This document shows positions 45,949 through 55,803 of a stretch of DNA of 64,000 nt, one piece after another. The position numbers were made by a program, and so were the translations under genes. How positions within the stretch are numbered: position 1 is the first letter of the stretch; every line of letters starts with the position of its first letter. Where the stretch lies: IMG/VR virus record IMGVR_UViG_3300021399_000007, positions 5,874 to 69,873 of that record. One strand, 5' to 3'. The notes beneath the pieces were generated by a model. That model searched no databases and had not been told where the DNA came from. It worked only from the letters and a program-made list of their open reading frames with translations. The stretch is from a virus.

Positions 45949-48074
45949 TCATAATTTATTCTTGCTTCATCCCAATAGGGAATGATTACTAAATTGATCC
46001 CATGATCTCGACAATATTCTCTTTTTTTCATATCGTTGTATTGTTGTTTTCTTAAACCATTATATCCACCAAATTTTTCTTTAGCTTCATAATGTTGAAT
46101 TCCTTGAAATTCAATGAGAAAATCAATATTATGCTAATCGTCGAAAACCGCAAAATCAAATCTTAGCGGGCGGCCTGTATTACTTACTAAATCTGGAAAA
46201 GAGTATTCTTCTGCGAACTCTAATCCAGACTCTTGTAGAATTTCTTCTATTTTAATTTCTCCTCTAGATGCTCGCATATTTTTTCTCCTTCACTATATTA
46301 TATAAAAATTTTATCTATAAAATTAATAAACTTTGACCTTAAGCTGGAGTAAAAAATAAAAAGTCAGAAATATTACGTTTTTTCTTCTTTTTATTTAATT
46401 CCTATTCATAACGAATATAATATAATCCATATATAAAAGCAGAAAATTTATCTTTCTTAATACTTCTATTGCTCTGTTTCAGAATAATATTAACTCCCTA
46501 ATTTTCTTCTACAAGATTTAACATTTGTTCTTTCAAAATCGAGGTTAATATAAAAGGTCGTAAATAATCATTTCTTTCATCAATATTCATATTTTGACCT
46601 TGTTTAGTTGACATTAATTTAGTTTTTGCCAAGCCTTCATCAATTAAAAATCTAATCTTCCCACTAAACATCTGAGTTTGTGCATAACTATATGCCTATG
46701 TATTTATAGGCGCATTAGCTTTAATTAAAAACAAAATATCCCGCTCTGTCTCAGGAGTAACAAATTTTTTATATTCTGGATATTCATCTGTATTATAAAC
46801 ACCAAAAGGAGGTAAATATTCACCATCATCTGTATCTTGCGCTTTAACTAAATAATCAATAAGCCCAACTCCTAGACCATTAGCATCAACTGCAATTCTA
46901 CGCGGCCTATATTTATAATACAAATGTTTTATATGAATACATTGAGTTTCAAAGTGTTCTGCATCATAAGTATAAATATTTACAAGAGTCTTATGAGCTG
47001 CCCCTTGAACTTGCGGCGTAACTTTAAAAACACAAATCTCTGTAGTACATCCCACACGTCCAACGTCTATACCAAATACATAATAAGCATTTTTTGAAGA
47101 CCGCCCGCTATATTCATACTATGGTTGTAATAATACTCTGTATTTATCAAATTTTTCAGAAGAAAAGAATGCATTTTCAACATCGCCAGACCAAATACTA
47201 CGATATTCTCTATTGAATGATTCATCATTAAAAGTCCCTTGTAATCTTAATTGCTATACAAAATCTTCATCCAATAGACCAGAAATCACAGGTGTTTCAT
47301 AAGTTCCGCCCATAATCATATATTCTTCTGGATCAATGATAGAATTAATTAAAATTTCAATTAATTTGTGATAAGCAAAACTATTTTTCCATCCCGCTGT
47401 GGTTATATAAATTTGTGATTTATTAACATTCTCCTCTTTGTGGCGGCTACCATCTGAAAGTCTTCTATCAACGTTTGTAGTAGGAATAATAACTTCATTT
47501 AGAATATCACCATCAATTAATACGCACTCTTCCATTAATCCACCAGTACGACGTTGACCTCTAGATGACTGCCTCGCCGCTAAGATATCAATAGTAGAGC
47601 CATTCTTAAATACATATTTAACGTTATCTTTTGATTTAGTAGATACACCGCGATCCCAGTTAATTTCATTATTTAAACCAGGTATGAGTTTACATATTTC
47701 CTAAATTTTAGCAATAGTAATAGAAGCTGCCTGCTCCTTTCCGCCTGTAGTTACAAATAAATGTGAATTAGGATATAAAATGCATCTAATCATTAATGCC
47801 ATCATTGATAAAAAAGACTTAGAATATGCGCGCGGGAATGTTGCGTACACATACCGGTGCCGCATCACAATTCTAAGAAAAATTCTTTGATAAAATAAAA
47901 AATTAAATGTGCTATCTTTTCCTTTTATAAAATCCACAAAAATATCAGGATATTCCCTAAAATAAGCAATTAAATCTCTTAATCCATCTATGTCTTTCAA
48001 TAGCCGCTATTCTGATAAACCTTGTTTTTTATACTATCTGTCGGAGGATAACTGAAGTAATTCTTTTAAATTCA
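45949..48074 (-). CDS. Terminase large subunit with multiple in-frame TAG (track fragments 47701..48000, 47254..47535, 46696..47055)
   Basis: Start MNLKELLQLSSDR(TAG)YKKQGLSE(TAG)RLLKDIDGLRD... at ~48074. One minus-strand frame carries the three fragments, separated only by TAG. Deviant Walker-A-like PRAYSKSF. TGA stop at ~45949. Confidence 0.55.
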
Positions 48075-49409
48075 TTCGTGTTTAAGCCTCCTATTTATGT
48101 ATTCTTCTTCAATTAAATCATCATTTAAGTCATCATCATGATCTTTCATGTGATTTAAGGATTTTTTATAATTAGTAAAATCATCATCATCTAATTCCAC
48201 ATTATCTAATCCTTTAGCTTTTGCATCTTTTTTATCTTTTTTCATTTCATTTGAAATGCGTTTATCTTGCAAATATTTTTCAATTTCTTGCGCTAATGAT
48301 TTATCTTCATAAATTAAGTTTTTATTATATGCTTTTAAATCTAAAATAATTTGATCAACAATATCTTGCGGCTAATTGCAATGATAACGTGGAATTTCTC
48401 CGCTATGAGCCTCAACAAAATCAACAATAGCAGAAGCAGAATCAATTGTATCAGCATCTTTATCTTTATTCTGCGCCTATGTAAATTTTGCGGACTTCAT
48501 CATAGCATCATAGACACGCGATAATTTCTGGTAAGAATCGATGTCGCCGCAATCAATAGCCTCATTCATTTTGAGGGATGTCTTGCAAATCATTTTTAAT
48601 GTATCAATACGTGCCGCCCCTTGAATATCAAATGAATTCATAAATTCATTATATAATTGTTCAAGAGCAACCCACTGACTGGGTTTATAAAGTCGGCCCC
48701 ATTTAACCGCAAGATACATTTTATCATCATCATCTAAATTCGCGCCAGGATCAACTATTTCGCTTTCCGCCATAAAATTTTGTTCTCTAAATGGATTTTT
48801 TGCTTGATTAAGCGCCTAGGCGTATGACTATGGTTGACCGTAAACCTGGAATATTTGGCCTAAATGTTCTCCTGTAATAGCATCCCCCCACCGCGGTAAT
48901 TCCTTATTTTGAGTTTCTGTGCTAACAAGAGTCTGATACTAGGCGGGGGATATTTTTCCTTCGCTCAATTTAACTTTTAACGAGGCCTAATACCGCGCCT
49001 TCTCTTCTGCTTCGGCCTTTTCTTTTTTAGCCTTTTCCGCGTCCATTTCTTCTTGAATTTTTTTGGTATCCGCATATCCATATTTGCTCCATTGTTTGAG
49101 CTTCATTTTAGCAAGATATTTACCAATAACAGACATTCCATTCATTTTATAAGGGTCTTTCGCAAACGCCTTATCTCTTAATACATTCCATTCAGTAGGA
49201 ATATAAGGAACATCCATTTTTTCAAGAATCCATTCAAAAGTACTAGGATCAAAATTATCTATATGCGCGGTTAAGCATGGTTTGCAAATTTCGCATTTAC
49301 TGCCATCTTTATATGTATAAAAATTTATTTGTGCAATTCTTTTGCCACACCGCTCGCATTGACATTTACCATTTGCGTCTTCTTGCTGTCCTTTTAATTT
49401 TTGCGCCAT
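48072..49409 (-). CDS. Zn-ribbon protein, possible small terminase subunit; about 7 in-frame TAG
   Basis: Track ORFs 48987..49409, 48477..48773 and 48072..48272 are in one minus frame, joined only by TAG. N-terminal CxxC...CxxC. Immediately upstream of the large terminase with an overlapping stop/start. Confidence 0.35.
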
Positions 49410-49444
49410 AAAAGTCTCCTTTCTTCATTTTTTATTTTTAAAAA

Positions 49445-50562
49445 AATTCTTTAATGAATTAAAGACTTTTGTCCTTTTTCTTATTTCTACAACATTTACA
49501 AATACTATACCAACCATCCTTTGAAGTTCTATTTCTTGTAAAAAAATAAGGATGAGCAAGTTTTACCTAATGACAGCGCGAACATTTTTTCCATTTTCCT
49601 TTTTCTTCTATTGTATAATGCCAAATTATCCAATCTTCTTTTGCTTTTTCAGAAATAATTTTTGGGATTTTTTTCCGCCACACTGAAGATAAATATTCAA
49701 TAGAATAAGTGATATTATATTTATTTTTTATCTTTTCCGCAATTTCTTTATTTTGAAGTCCATCTATTTTATAAATCATAATATCATATAAAATAGGATA
49801 ATCATCTTTCAATGCTTTTTCTATAAGATTATCTAGATCCTCCATTAAGTACCACCAATCATCGTCAAAATGGCCCCAAACGTCTTCTTTTAATTTAGAA
49901 TAATTACACAATAGACAACAAACATGCTATGGATTAAATAGTGATACTAAACAGTTACTTTCTGGGTCAAAATTTTCATTTATTTTTATTTTTTCATTTA
50001 AATTTATTTGATTAGCGCTTTTGGTTATCCGCATCATAGTAATGGGCGGTTTGTAGATACTTTTTAATACATATTGATCTTGTCTAGCTTCAATTAATTG
50101 TTTTGTAAGTAAGAATTTTTGTTTTCCCTTAGCCGCCTTTTGCCGCGCCTCTATTTTTTTAATTTCTTCTCTTAATTCTTTTAATCCTGGTATAGTTATT
50201 ATATCTTCTTCTGTGATTTGTATTTTTGGAACTAATAAAATGTTTTTATCGCCGCCAGTCATAAAGTTATAAATGCCATCCTCGCCATTCTATAACTTGG
50301 AAACTAGACCTTCATAGGAGATTTCTCTTTTGTTGATAGTTACCATCCTATTGTCTGTTAAGACTTTCCGCTCTTTTTTATTATCATAAGTTTCTGTTAA
50401 GTATTTTGTAAGCTATTCTAAATAATAAGGAGTAAGTTTTTCTGAGGGAATATTATTAACAATTTCATGTACTATTTTATTACGCTATTGAGGGTCAATA
50501 ATAGTATAGTCCAAGGTGGGATAAGGTCTTTTAGACTACATATTTTTTAACTCTTTTTCCAT
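49445..50562 (-). CDS. Late-operon leader protein with a sigma-70 region-4-like HTH (candidate late transcription regulator / sigma-like factor), about 6 in-frame TAG
   Basis: RBS GCAGAAAGGAG and ATG at ~50562. One frame joins track ORFs 49927..50262 and 49567..49911 through TAGs. DIMIYKIDGLQNKEIAEKIKNKYNITYSIEYLSSVWRKKIPKI resembles sigma region 4. C-terminal Cys cluster (CSRCH..CKCC). Confidence 0.4.
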
Positions 50563-50680
50563 GAAATACTCCTTTCTGCTAATTCATTAATTACATTATA
50601 CCAAAAAAATTTTCAAAAGTCAAACGCGGCAATTGGATATTTTTATTGATTTTTATTAAAAAATATTTTATAATATAATT

Positions 50681-50896
50681 ATGAATAATAAAGAAAGGTA
50701 TATGAATATGAAAGCAATAGCAAATTATAATATGGGCTTTGATAAGGGGACCTTTGTAAAAGGGAAAGCCTATAATTATAGGAGGGCTGATGAAGAAAAT
50801 TCACAAAGATTTTTTATAACAACAGAAGAGAATGCAGAACAAGAATTATGGGACACAGAATTTGATATATTATTTACTATAGAAGGAGAAGAGTAA
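50681..50896 (+). CDS. hypothetical protein
   Basis: ORF after a TTTTATAATATAATT promoter motif. Confidence 0.4.
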   Translation: MNNKERYMNMKAIANYNMGFDKGTFVKGKAYNYRRADEENSQRFFITTEENAEQELWDTEFDILFTIEGEE

Positions 50897-50898
50897 TT

Positions 50899-51264
50899 AT
50901 GGAAAGTAATAATTGTCGTGTAACTACTGAATTTAAGGTAAATGCGGAGAAGCGAACTGTATTGTGTATTATAACTGCGATTAATGATGTGCCAATTCGA
51001 TTGGCAAAATATGGATTAGCAGATGAAGATTATGATAATATTGATTTTGATATTCGTATTTATAAGGGGATTGCGCGGTGCGCGCCTGAAGATACTTGGG
51101 ATGAGTCTTATGGAAAGAAATTGGCAGAGTATAGAGCATCTTGTGAACGCCGCACCGATGTTAATAATGAGTTGAAAGCTTATATTAATGATATTTCTAG
51201 ACGGATTGATAATCTTTATGATTATGGCCTTATGAAAGATCCCCATATGCTGGAGGAGAAGTGA
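50899..51264 (+). CDS. hypothetical protein
   Basis: ORF, tightly spaced with its neighbours. Confidence 0.4.
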   Translation: MESNNCRVTTEFKVNAEKRTVLCIITAINDVPIRLAKYGLADEDYDNIDFDIRIYKGIARCAPEDTWDESYGKKLAEYRASCERRTDVNNELKAYINDISRRIDNLYDYGLMKDPHMLEEK

Positions 51265-51291
51265 TGGTCGCCGCCATCACTTCTAATTGCT

Positions 51292-51495
51292 ATGAAGAAA
51301 ACATATTGTGATAGATGCGGCAAAGAAATTTATTATGATCCGCAGCAACAAGCTATTTTACCGACGTATAATATAAGTTATGCAACATATGGTATTTGTT
51401 ATCAACCAAATCATTTTGATTTATGTGGTAATTGTCAAAAGGAATTTAATAATTGGATGGGAAAATGGTTAAAGGAAAAAAGAAATGAAGATTGA
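51292..51495 (+). CDS. small Zn-ribbon protein
   Basis: CDRCGK...CGNCQKE. Confidence 0.4.
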   Translation: MKKTYCDRCGKEIYYDPQQQAILPTYNISYATYGICYQPNHFDLCGNCQKEFNNWMGKWLKEKRNED

Positions 51496-51817
51496 TGTAA
51501 AATATAATATAGGAGATAGTATTCAATATATTGAAAAAATATCTCATTCAGTTTGGGGTCGTTGTCCATGCTGTGAAGGTGAAAAATATATTATTGGTGC
51601 AGATGGAGAACAATATGAATGTCCTAAGTGTGATGGGAATGGTAAAGTGTACAAGAGAGATTTAAATATTGAAGATGAAAAAACAGGAACAATAAAAAGT
51701 ATTCATATTCATTATGATAGTGATATGGACTCTTATCATGGAAAACCAGATATTTATTACACCATTCCAAAAAATTTTCATCATATTCAACAAGACGATA
51801 TTATTGGAAAAATATAA
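51485..51817 (+). CDS. small Zn-ribbon protein
   Basis: CPCCEGE...CPKCDGNG. Confidence 0.4.
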   Translation: MKIDVKYNIGDSIQYIEKISHSVWGRCPCCEGEKYIIGADGEQYECPKCDGNGKVYKRDLNIEDEKTGTIKSIHIHYDSDMDSYHGKPDIYYTIPKNFHHIQQDDIIGKI

Positions 51818-52131
51818 TGGCTGAATTTATTTTTACAAAAGAAAAAGTTGTTATGCCAGGAGAGAAGATAGGAATGATATTACAGAAACATACAATAGAT
51901 GAAGTCCCACCTGCAGATAAAGAGCTATTAATGGTTATTGATATTGGAGCGGAAAATGGATATAATCTTTGGACGGTGGGAACTTGGGATGATGAACGTG
52001 GTTGGTGTTGTCCTTTTGATGAAGTTGGATATACTGTTGTTGAATGGTATGAATTGCCGCCGCAAAAGAGAATAGTAGAAGATTATTCTTATCATCAGAT
52101 GAGAATGGAAGAATTTTGGAATGATAAATGA
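51817..52131 (+). CDS. hypothetical protein
   Basis: ORF overlapping the upstream stop. Confidence 0.4.
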   Translation: MAEFIFTKEKVVMPGEKIGMILQKHTIDEVPPADKELLMVIDIGAENGYNLWTVGTWDDERGWCCPFDEVGYTVVEWYELPPQKRIVEDYSYHQMRMEEFWNDK

Positions 52132-52361
52132 AAAATGAAAAAATGTGGGAAAATATAAGTTTGCAAGAAATAATTAGGATGGCTTTTCCGCGGGGATGGG
52201 ACAAAATAAAGTATTGGAGGCGAAAACCGCAGGCTTATACTTTAGAAAAGGCTCTTGAAACTTTGCAAATAATGTTAGCTACACAAGATATTAATTTAAT
52301 GATAGATTGGGCGTATAATGAATTTATTCCACCTTACGCGGTGCATAGTATAAAAAGATGA
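52128..52361 (+). CDS. hypothetical protein
   Basis: ORF overlapping the upstream stop. Confidence 0.35.
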   Translation: MKNEKMWENISLQEIIRMAFPRGWDKIKYWRRKPQAYTLEKALETLQIMLATQDINLMIDWAYNEFIPPYAVHSIKR

Positions 52362-52744
52362 GATTTATAGCAGAAGATAATCCAAATTTATATATTGATG
52401 TAGAAAATTATAGTGAATTAGAGAAAAAAATAAAAGAATTTGGAAATCCTAATTATAATTATGAAGTTATTTTTGAATTTCATGATCCTCGAATTGCGGG
52501 AAGAATAAAAGCAAAAAAAAAGGGGATAAGTATGGAAAGAATAATTAAAGGACGTTTTAAAAATAATGGAGAATATAAAGAAGAAGATAAATATACTCCT
52601 ATTTTAAATAATGGTGCAGTTGTAGGTTTTATTGAATCAGTAGAAAAAGAAAATATAAATATTATATTGTGGGGAAAATGTATTTCTAAAGAATATTTAT
52701 ACGGTGAATCAGAGAATATTCTTTGTTCAATTTCTTTTTGTTAA
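52358..52744 (+). CDS. hypothetical protein
   Basis: ORF. Last gene before the non-coding repeat region. Confidence 0.4.
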   Translation: MRFIAEDNPNLYIDVENYSELEKKIKEFGNPNYNYEVIFEFHDPRIAGRIKAKKKGISMERIIKGRFKNNGEYKEEDKYTPILNNGAVVGFIESVEKENINIILWGKCISKEYLYGESENILCSISFC

Positions 52745-53590
52745 GAGGGGAAGTCATTTCCTCGATTTAGAGAGGGAATCGCTTTTTCGATTCAAAAATA
52801 CTTTTGGAGAGAGAAATGTGGAGCCCAAACCCTTTTATTAAATTCAAAAAATTTTTTTCACAAAATATACCCCCCGTAATACTGACTACCTTGACTAGAT
52901 TTCGTGAGGCCTGAATGAGATAGGGCGGAAATAGGTCCCTACAAAAATATTCACAGCCTTGATTAAAACAAACAATTAAATAAAAATAATTACAAAGATG
53001 ATGAAATAAAAATAAAAAAGTTTCATCATCTTTTTGTTTGAAAGAAAAATAAAACACAATAGTTATTATTTTAATAAACGTGCTGCTGGGCGGCAAACGC
53101 TCGTTTGTCGCCGAGGTTCTTCATGGAGTAGGGTTGCAGGTTTTATTCGACCAATTCTGAGAAATCGGCAAAGTTGGTCATTTCCTAGAATTAGGTAAAT
53201 TTACCTAAAAGTGAAAAATTGGTAAAGTTCTTGTTAAAAAATTAACGAAGTTAGAGGCCAGCGACTCTTGTTAGTCGCAATGAACTTTGACCAATTTTTA
53301 TTTTTTGGCTTTAATAAAATGAGTTTACTAATTGGCAAAGGAACAGGATCAGATAGTAAACAGACTGTACTAATTAAACAATGTAACGAATACTTCAATA
53401 CACTAAAGTGTTAGAGAACTAAAGCAACAGCAGACGAAAGACACACAAAGCGACTAAGTAACAACTGTTTACTATATTAATAAGAACTAATGTAGAAAGA
53501 TTGTTAAAAAATTAACGAAGTAATGATACTTACAGACTTAAAAACACTAAAAAAGTAAATTCATTTTACAATATATTTTTTTCAAAAAAG
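52745..53590. repeat. ~850 bp non-coding region with iteron-like direct/inverted repeats and strong hairpins (candidate origin of replication or regulatory hub)
   Basis: Repeats AAATCGGCAAAGTTGGTCA / AAAATTGGTAAAGTTCTTGTT / inverted AACTTTGACCAATTTT at 53155-53300. Hairpin GGCGGCAAACGCTCGTTTGTCGCC at ~53087. Two TTGTTAAAAAATTAACGAAG boxes at 53230 and 53505. Confidence 0.45.
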
Positions 53591-53660
53591 TGTTGACTTT
53601 TTTCCGGACTTTTGATATAATCAAATCATCAAAGAGAGGTACACAAAACAAGAAAGAGAG
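53591..53660 (+). promoter_or_regulatory. Sigma-70-type promoter with a conserved downstream leader (first of about 20 near-identical cassettes in 53591-63780)
   Basis: TTGACT-17-TATAAT followed by AATCATCAAAGAGAGG. Most cassettes carry GTTAAAAAAATAACTTTTAAAA immediately upstream of the -35 element. Confidence 0.55.
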
Positions 53661-53669
53661 GATAAGGAA

Positions 53670-53933
53670 ATGAAAAAAGAGACTTGCGGAGTTGCTATAG
53701 AGAACAATCTGAAAGTAAATGCTTTCCATTACATACCAGAAACAAAGGAAGAAGAAATCAAAGAAACCGAACAAATTATCGCATTCCTTAAGAATCAGCT
53801 GGCTGACTATGAAAAAGAACTCCAAGGAACGGTCAAGGCTCGGAGAAGAAACGAAATCAGCTTCCACATCAATCTGATTCAGCGAAGAATAAAATTCGAA
53901 GAAAAAAATCTTTTTTTCCAAAAAAACGCTTGA
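53670..53933 (+). CDS. hypothetical accessory-cassette protein
   Basis: Sigma-70 promoter GTTGACTTTTTTCCGGACTTTTGATATAAT plus leader AATCATCAAAGAGAGG. Confidence 0.45.
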   Translation: MKKETCGVAIENNLKVNAFHYIPETKEEEIKETEQIIAFLKNQLADYEKELQGTVKARRRNEISFHINLIQRRIKFEEKNLFFQKNA

Positions 53934-53989
53934 CAAATCCGGTTTAATAGATTATACTATAATCAGAAAAGGAAAGGAGAGTAAAAGAA

Positions 53990-54430
53990 ATGACAAGAAC
54001 AATCTTCTTCGACATGGACGGAACAATCGCAGACCTTTACAAAGTAGACGGATGGCTGACCGACCTTATCAACAAAGATGTAAGACCTTACAGAGAAGCA
54101 AAAGTAATGCACAACATGCAAGTACTTGCAAGACTTCTTAACAGACTTCAGAAGAAAGGAAACAAAGTAGCAATCATTAGTTGGTTGGCAAAAAACAGCA
54201 CAGAAGAATATGACACAAGAGTAGCGCAGACTAAAAGAGAGTGGTTGAAAAAACATCTCACAAGCGTTAACTTCGATGAAATCCACATTGTAAAATACGG
54301 AACAAGAAAAGAAACATTCATCCACACAGAAAACGACATTCTCTTTGACGATGAAGAACAAAACAGAAACAACTGGACGGGAAAAGCTTACAACGTGAAT
54401 AACATCATTGAAACACTGAAGAGCCTTTGA
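53990..54430 (+). CDS. HAD-superfamily phosphatase (5'(3')-deoxyribonucleotidase-like), paralogue 1
   Basis: FFDMDGTIAD motif I and DILFDDEE motif. Promoter TTGACAAATCCGGTTTAATAGATTATACTAT. Terminator AGAGCCTTTGAAAAGGCTCT. Confidence 0.6.
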   Translation: MTRTIFFDMDGTIADLYKVDGWLTDLINKDVRPYREAKVMHNMQVLARLLNRLQKKGNKVAIISWLAKNSTEEYDTRVAQTKREWLKKHLTSVNFDEIHIVKYGTRKETFIHTENDILFDDEEQNRNNWTGKAYNVNNIIETLKSL

Positions 54431-54703
54431 AAAGGCTCTTTTTTAATGCGGAATGTTAGTTATGACTAATTCTTGCGGCGAGCGAGATTGTTAAAAAATT
54501 AACAAACGTCTGCGGGCGCTGGGGGCCGAAAAATTTTATCACAGGTGGGTCGCAGTTGTCAAGACAGAAAAATGCACAAAATAGTTAATTATTAGGTTTC
54601 CCATTTTGTGCATTATTTTTTTCAAAATACGTTGACTTTTCCGGTCAAATAGCTTATAATTAAATCATCAAAGAGAGATACACAAAAGAAAGGAGAAAAC
54701 ATC

Positions 54704-54889
54704 ATGACATTATTATTCGCAATCTCAATCGCAATCTTCATTATCAGTTCTTTTATCATTTTCATCTTCTCTTGGAAAATTACTGAAAAAACTCAAGACA
54801 TCTTAAGAATTGTTGCTCTTGTTAGCGCAATAATGATAATCGTATCAATATTTATTTTTCCATTTATTCAAGTATTTTTTTTAAAATAA
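54704..54889 (+). CDS. small two-TM membrane protein
   Basis: Own TTGACT-17-TATAAT promoter and RBS AAGGAG. Confidence 0.4.
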   Translation: MTLLFAISIAIFIISSFIIFIFSWKITEKTQDILRIVALVSAIMIIVSIFIFPFIQVFFLK

Positions 54890-54951
54890 TGATTGACAAT
54901 CCAGTCAATCTCTGTTATAATCAAATTATCAAAAGAAAGGAGATATAAACA

Positions 54952-55083
54952 ATGAAAACTACAAGAGGTTGGTACATCTTCAAGGACGGCACGCAGGCAT
55001 GGTTCAATGGTCTCTCCGCTAGAGAGAAGAGGAACGAAGTCATAAAGCACGGCGAGATTGTCAAATTCATCCCCACACCTTGA
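54952..55083 (+). CDS. small protein (43 aa)
   Basis: Promoter TTGACAATCCAGTCAATCTCTGTTATAAT, RBS AAGGAG, terminator GAGGCTCTACATGAGCCTC. Confidence 0.35.
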   Translation: MKTTRGWYIFKDGTQAWFNGLSAREKRNEVIKHGEIVKFIPTP

Positions 55084-55255
55084 GGCTCTACATGAGCCTC
55101 TTTTTTATGCGCGGGGCGTTGACATTTACATCAACGTATTCAAAAGTTAAAAGTTGGCGATTTTGATTGTTAAAAAAATAACTTTTAAAAAAGTGTTGAC
55201 AAAAGATCAGACATTTGCTATACTTAAATCATCAAAGGAAAGGAGATTAAAACAA

Positions 55256-55422
55256 TGACAAGAGAGGAAATGTTAACACTGGTAATCAAAAAGTTTGGTT
55301 TCGAGCATGAATATACAATCCAGTTCGCAGAAGCGATGGAATGGTTAGGAAGAAAAGAGCTTGAAGCTCTTATGAATGAAGTGTTAGCACTTCCACTTGA
55401 TATTGAAGATGAGGATGAATAA
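55256..55422 (+). CDS. small acidic protein (55 aa)
   Basis: Promoter TTGACAAAAGATCAGACATTTGCTATACT, RBS AAGGAG, terminator GATGAGGATGAATAATCCTCATC. Confidence 0.4.
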
Positions 55423-55585
55423 TCCTCATCTTTTTTTATGCGCGGCGCGCTGGTGGCCGCACCAGCGCGTTTTTCCATTATACCATACCCATCGGGTTTT
55501 GTCAATTGACATTTTGCACAAATTTTAATGCTAAAAATATCCTAAAATTCGTCATTCTTTCAAAAGTTAAAAATCGGTAGATTTC

Positions 55586-55690
55586 TTGTTAAAAATTTAA
55601 CAATCGACTAAAAGTGAAAAATCGGCAAAGTTCTTGTTAAACTTTTAACAATCTACCTACCACTCCTTGTTAAATTCTTAACAAGGGAAA
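55586..55690. promoter_or_regulatory. Array of three tandem palindromic operator-like sites (TTGTTAAA-N4-TTTAACAA) upstream of the 55745 promoter
   Basis: TTCTTGTTAAAAATTTAACAATCG, TTCTTGTTAAACTTTTAACAATCT and CCTTGTTAAATTCTTAACAAGGG, spaced about 45 and 33 bp apart. A perfect palindrome TGTCAATTGACA sits at ~55500. Confidence 0.5.
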
Positions 55691-55803
55691 AATTAAAAAT
55701 CAGCGGTTTTGACTTTGTTAAAAAAATAACTTTTAAAAAGGGGTTGACAACCGGAGTAATAAGGCTTATAATAAGGGTACAAACAAGGAAGGGGGACAAC
55801 CTA

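Noticed and set aside
52767-53096. Minus-strand ORF 52767..53096 (109 aa)
   Set aside because: Low-complexity Phe/Leu-rich translation inside the repeat-rich non-coding region. No RBS.
53547-54372. Minus-strand ORFs 53547..53936, 53963..54361 and 54148..54372
   Set aside because: Antisense to plus-strand cassette genes that have clear promoters, RBS and terminators. Cys/Phe-rich low-complexity translations.
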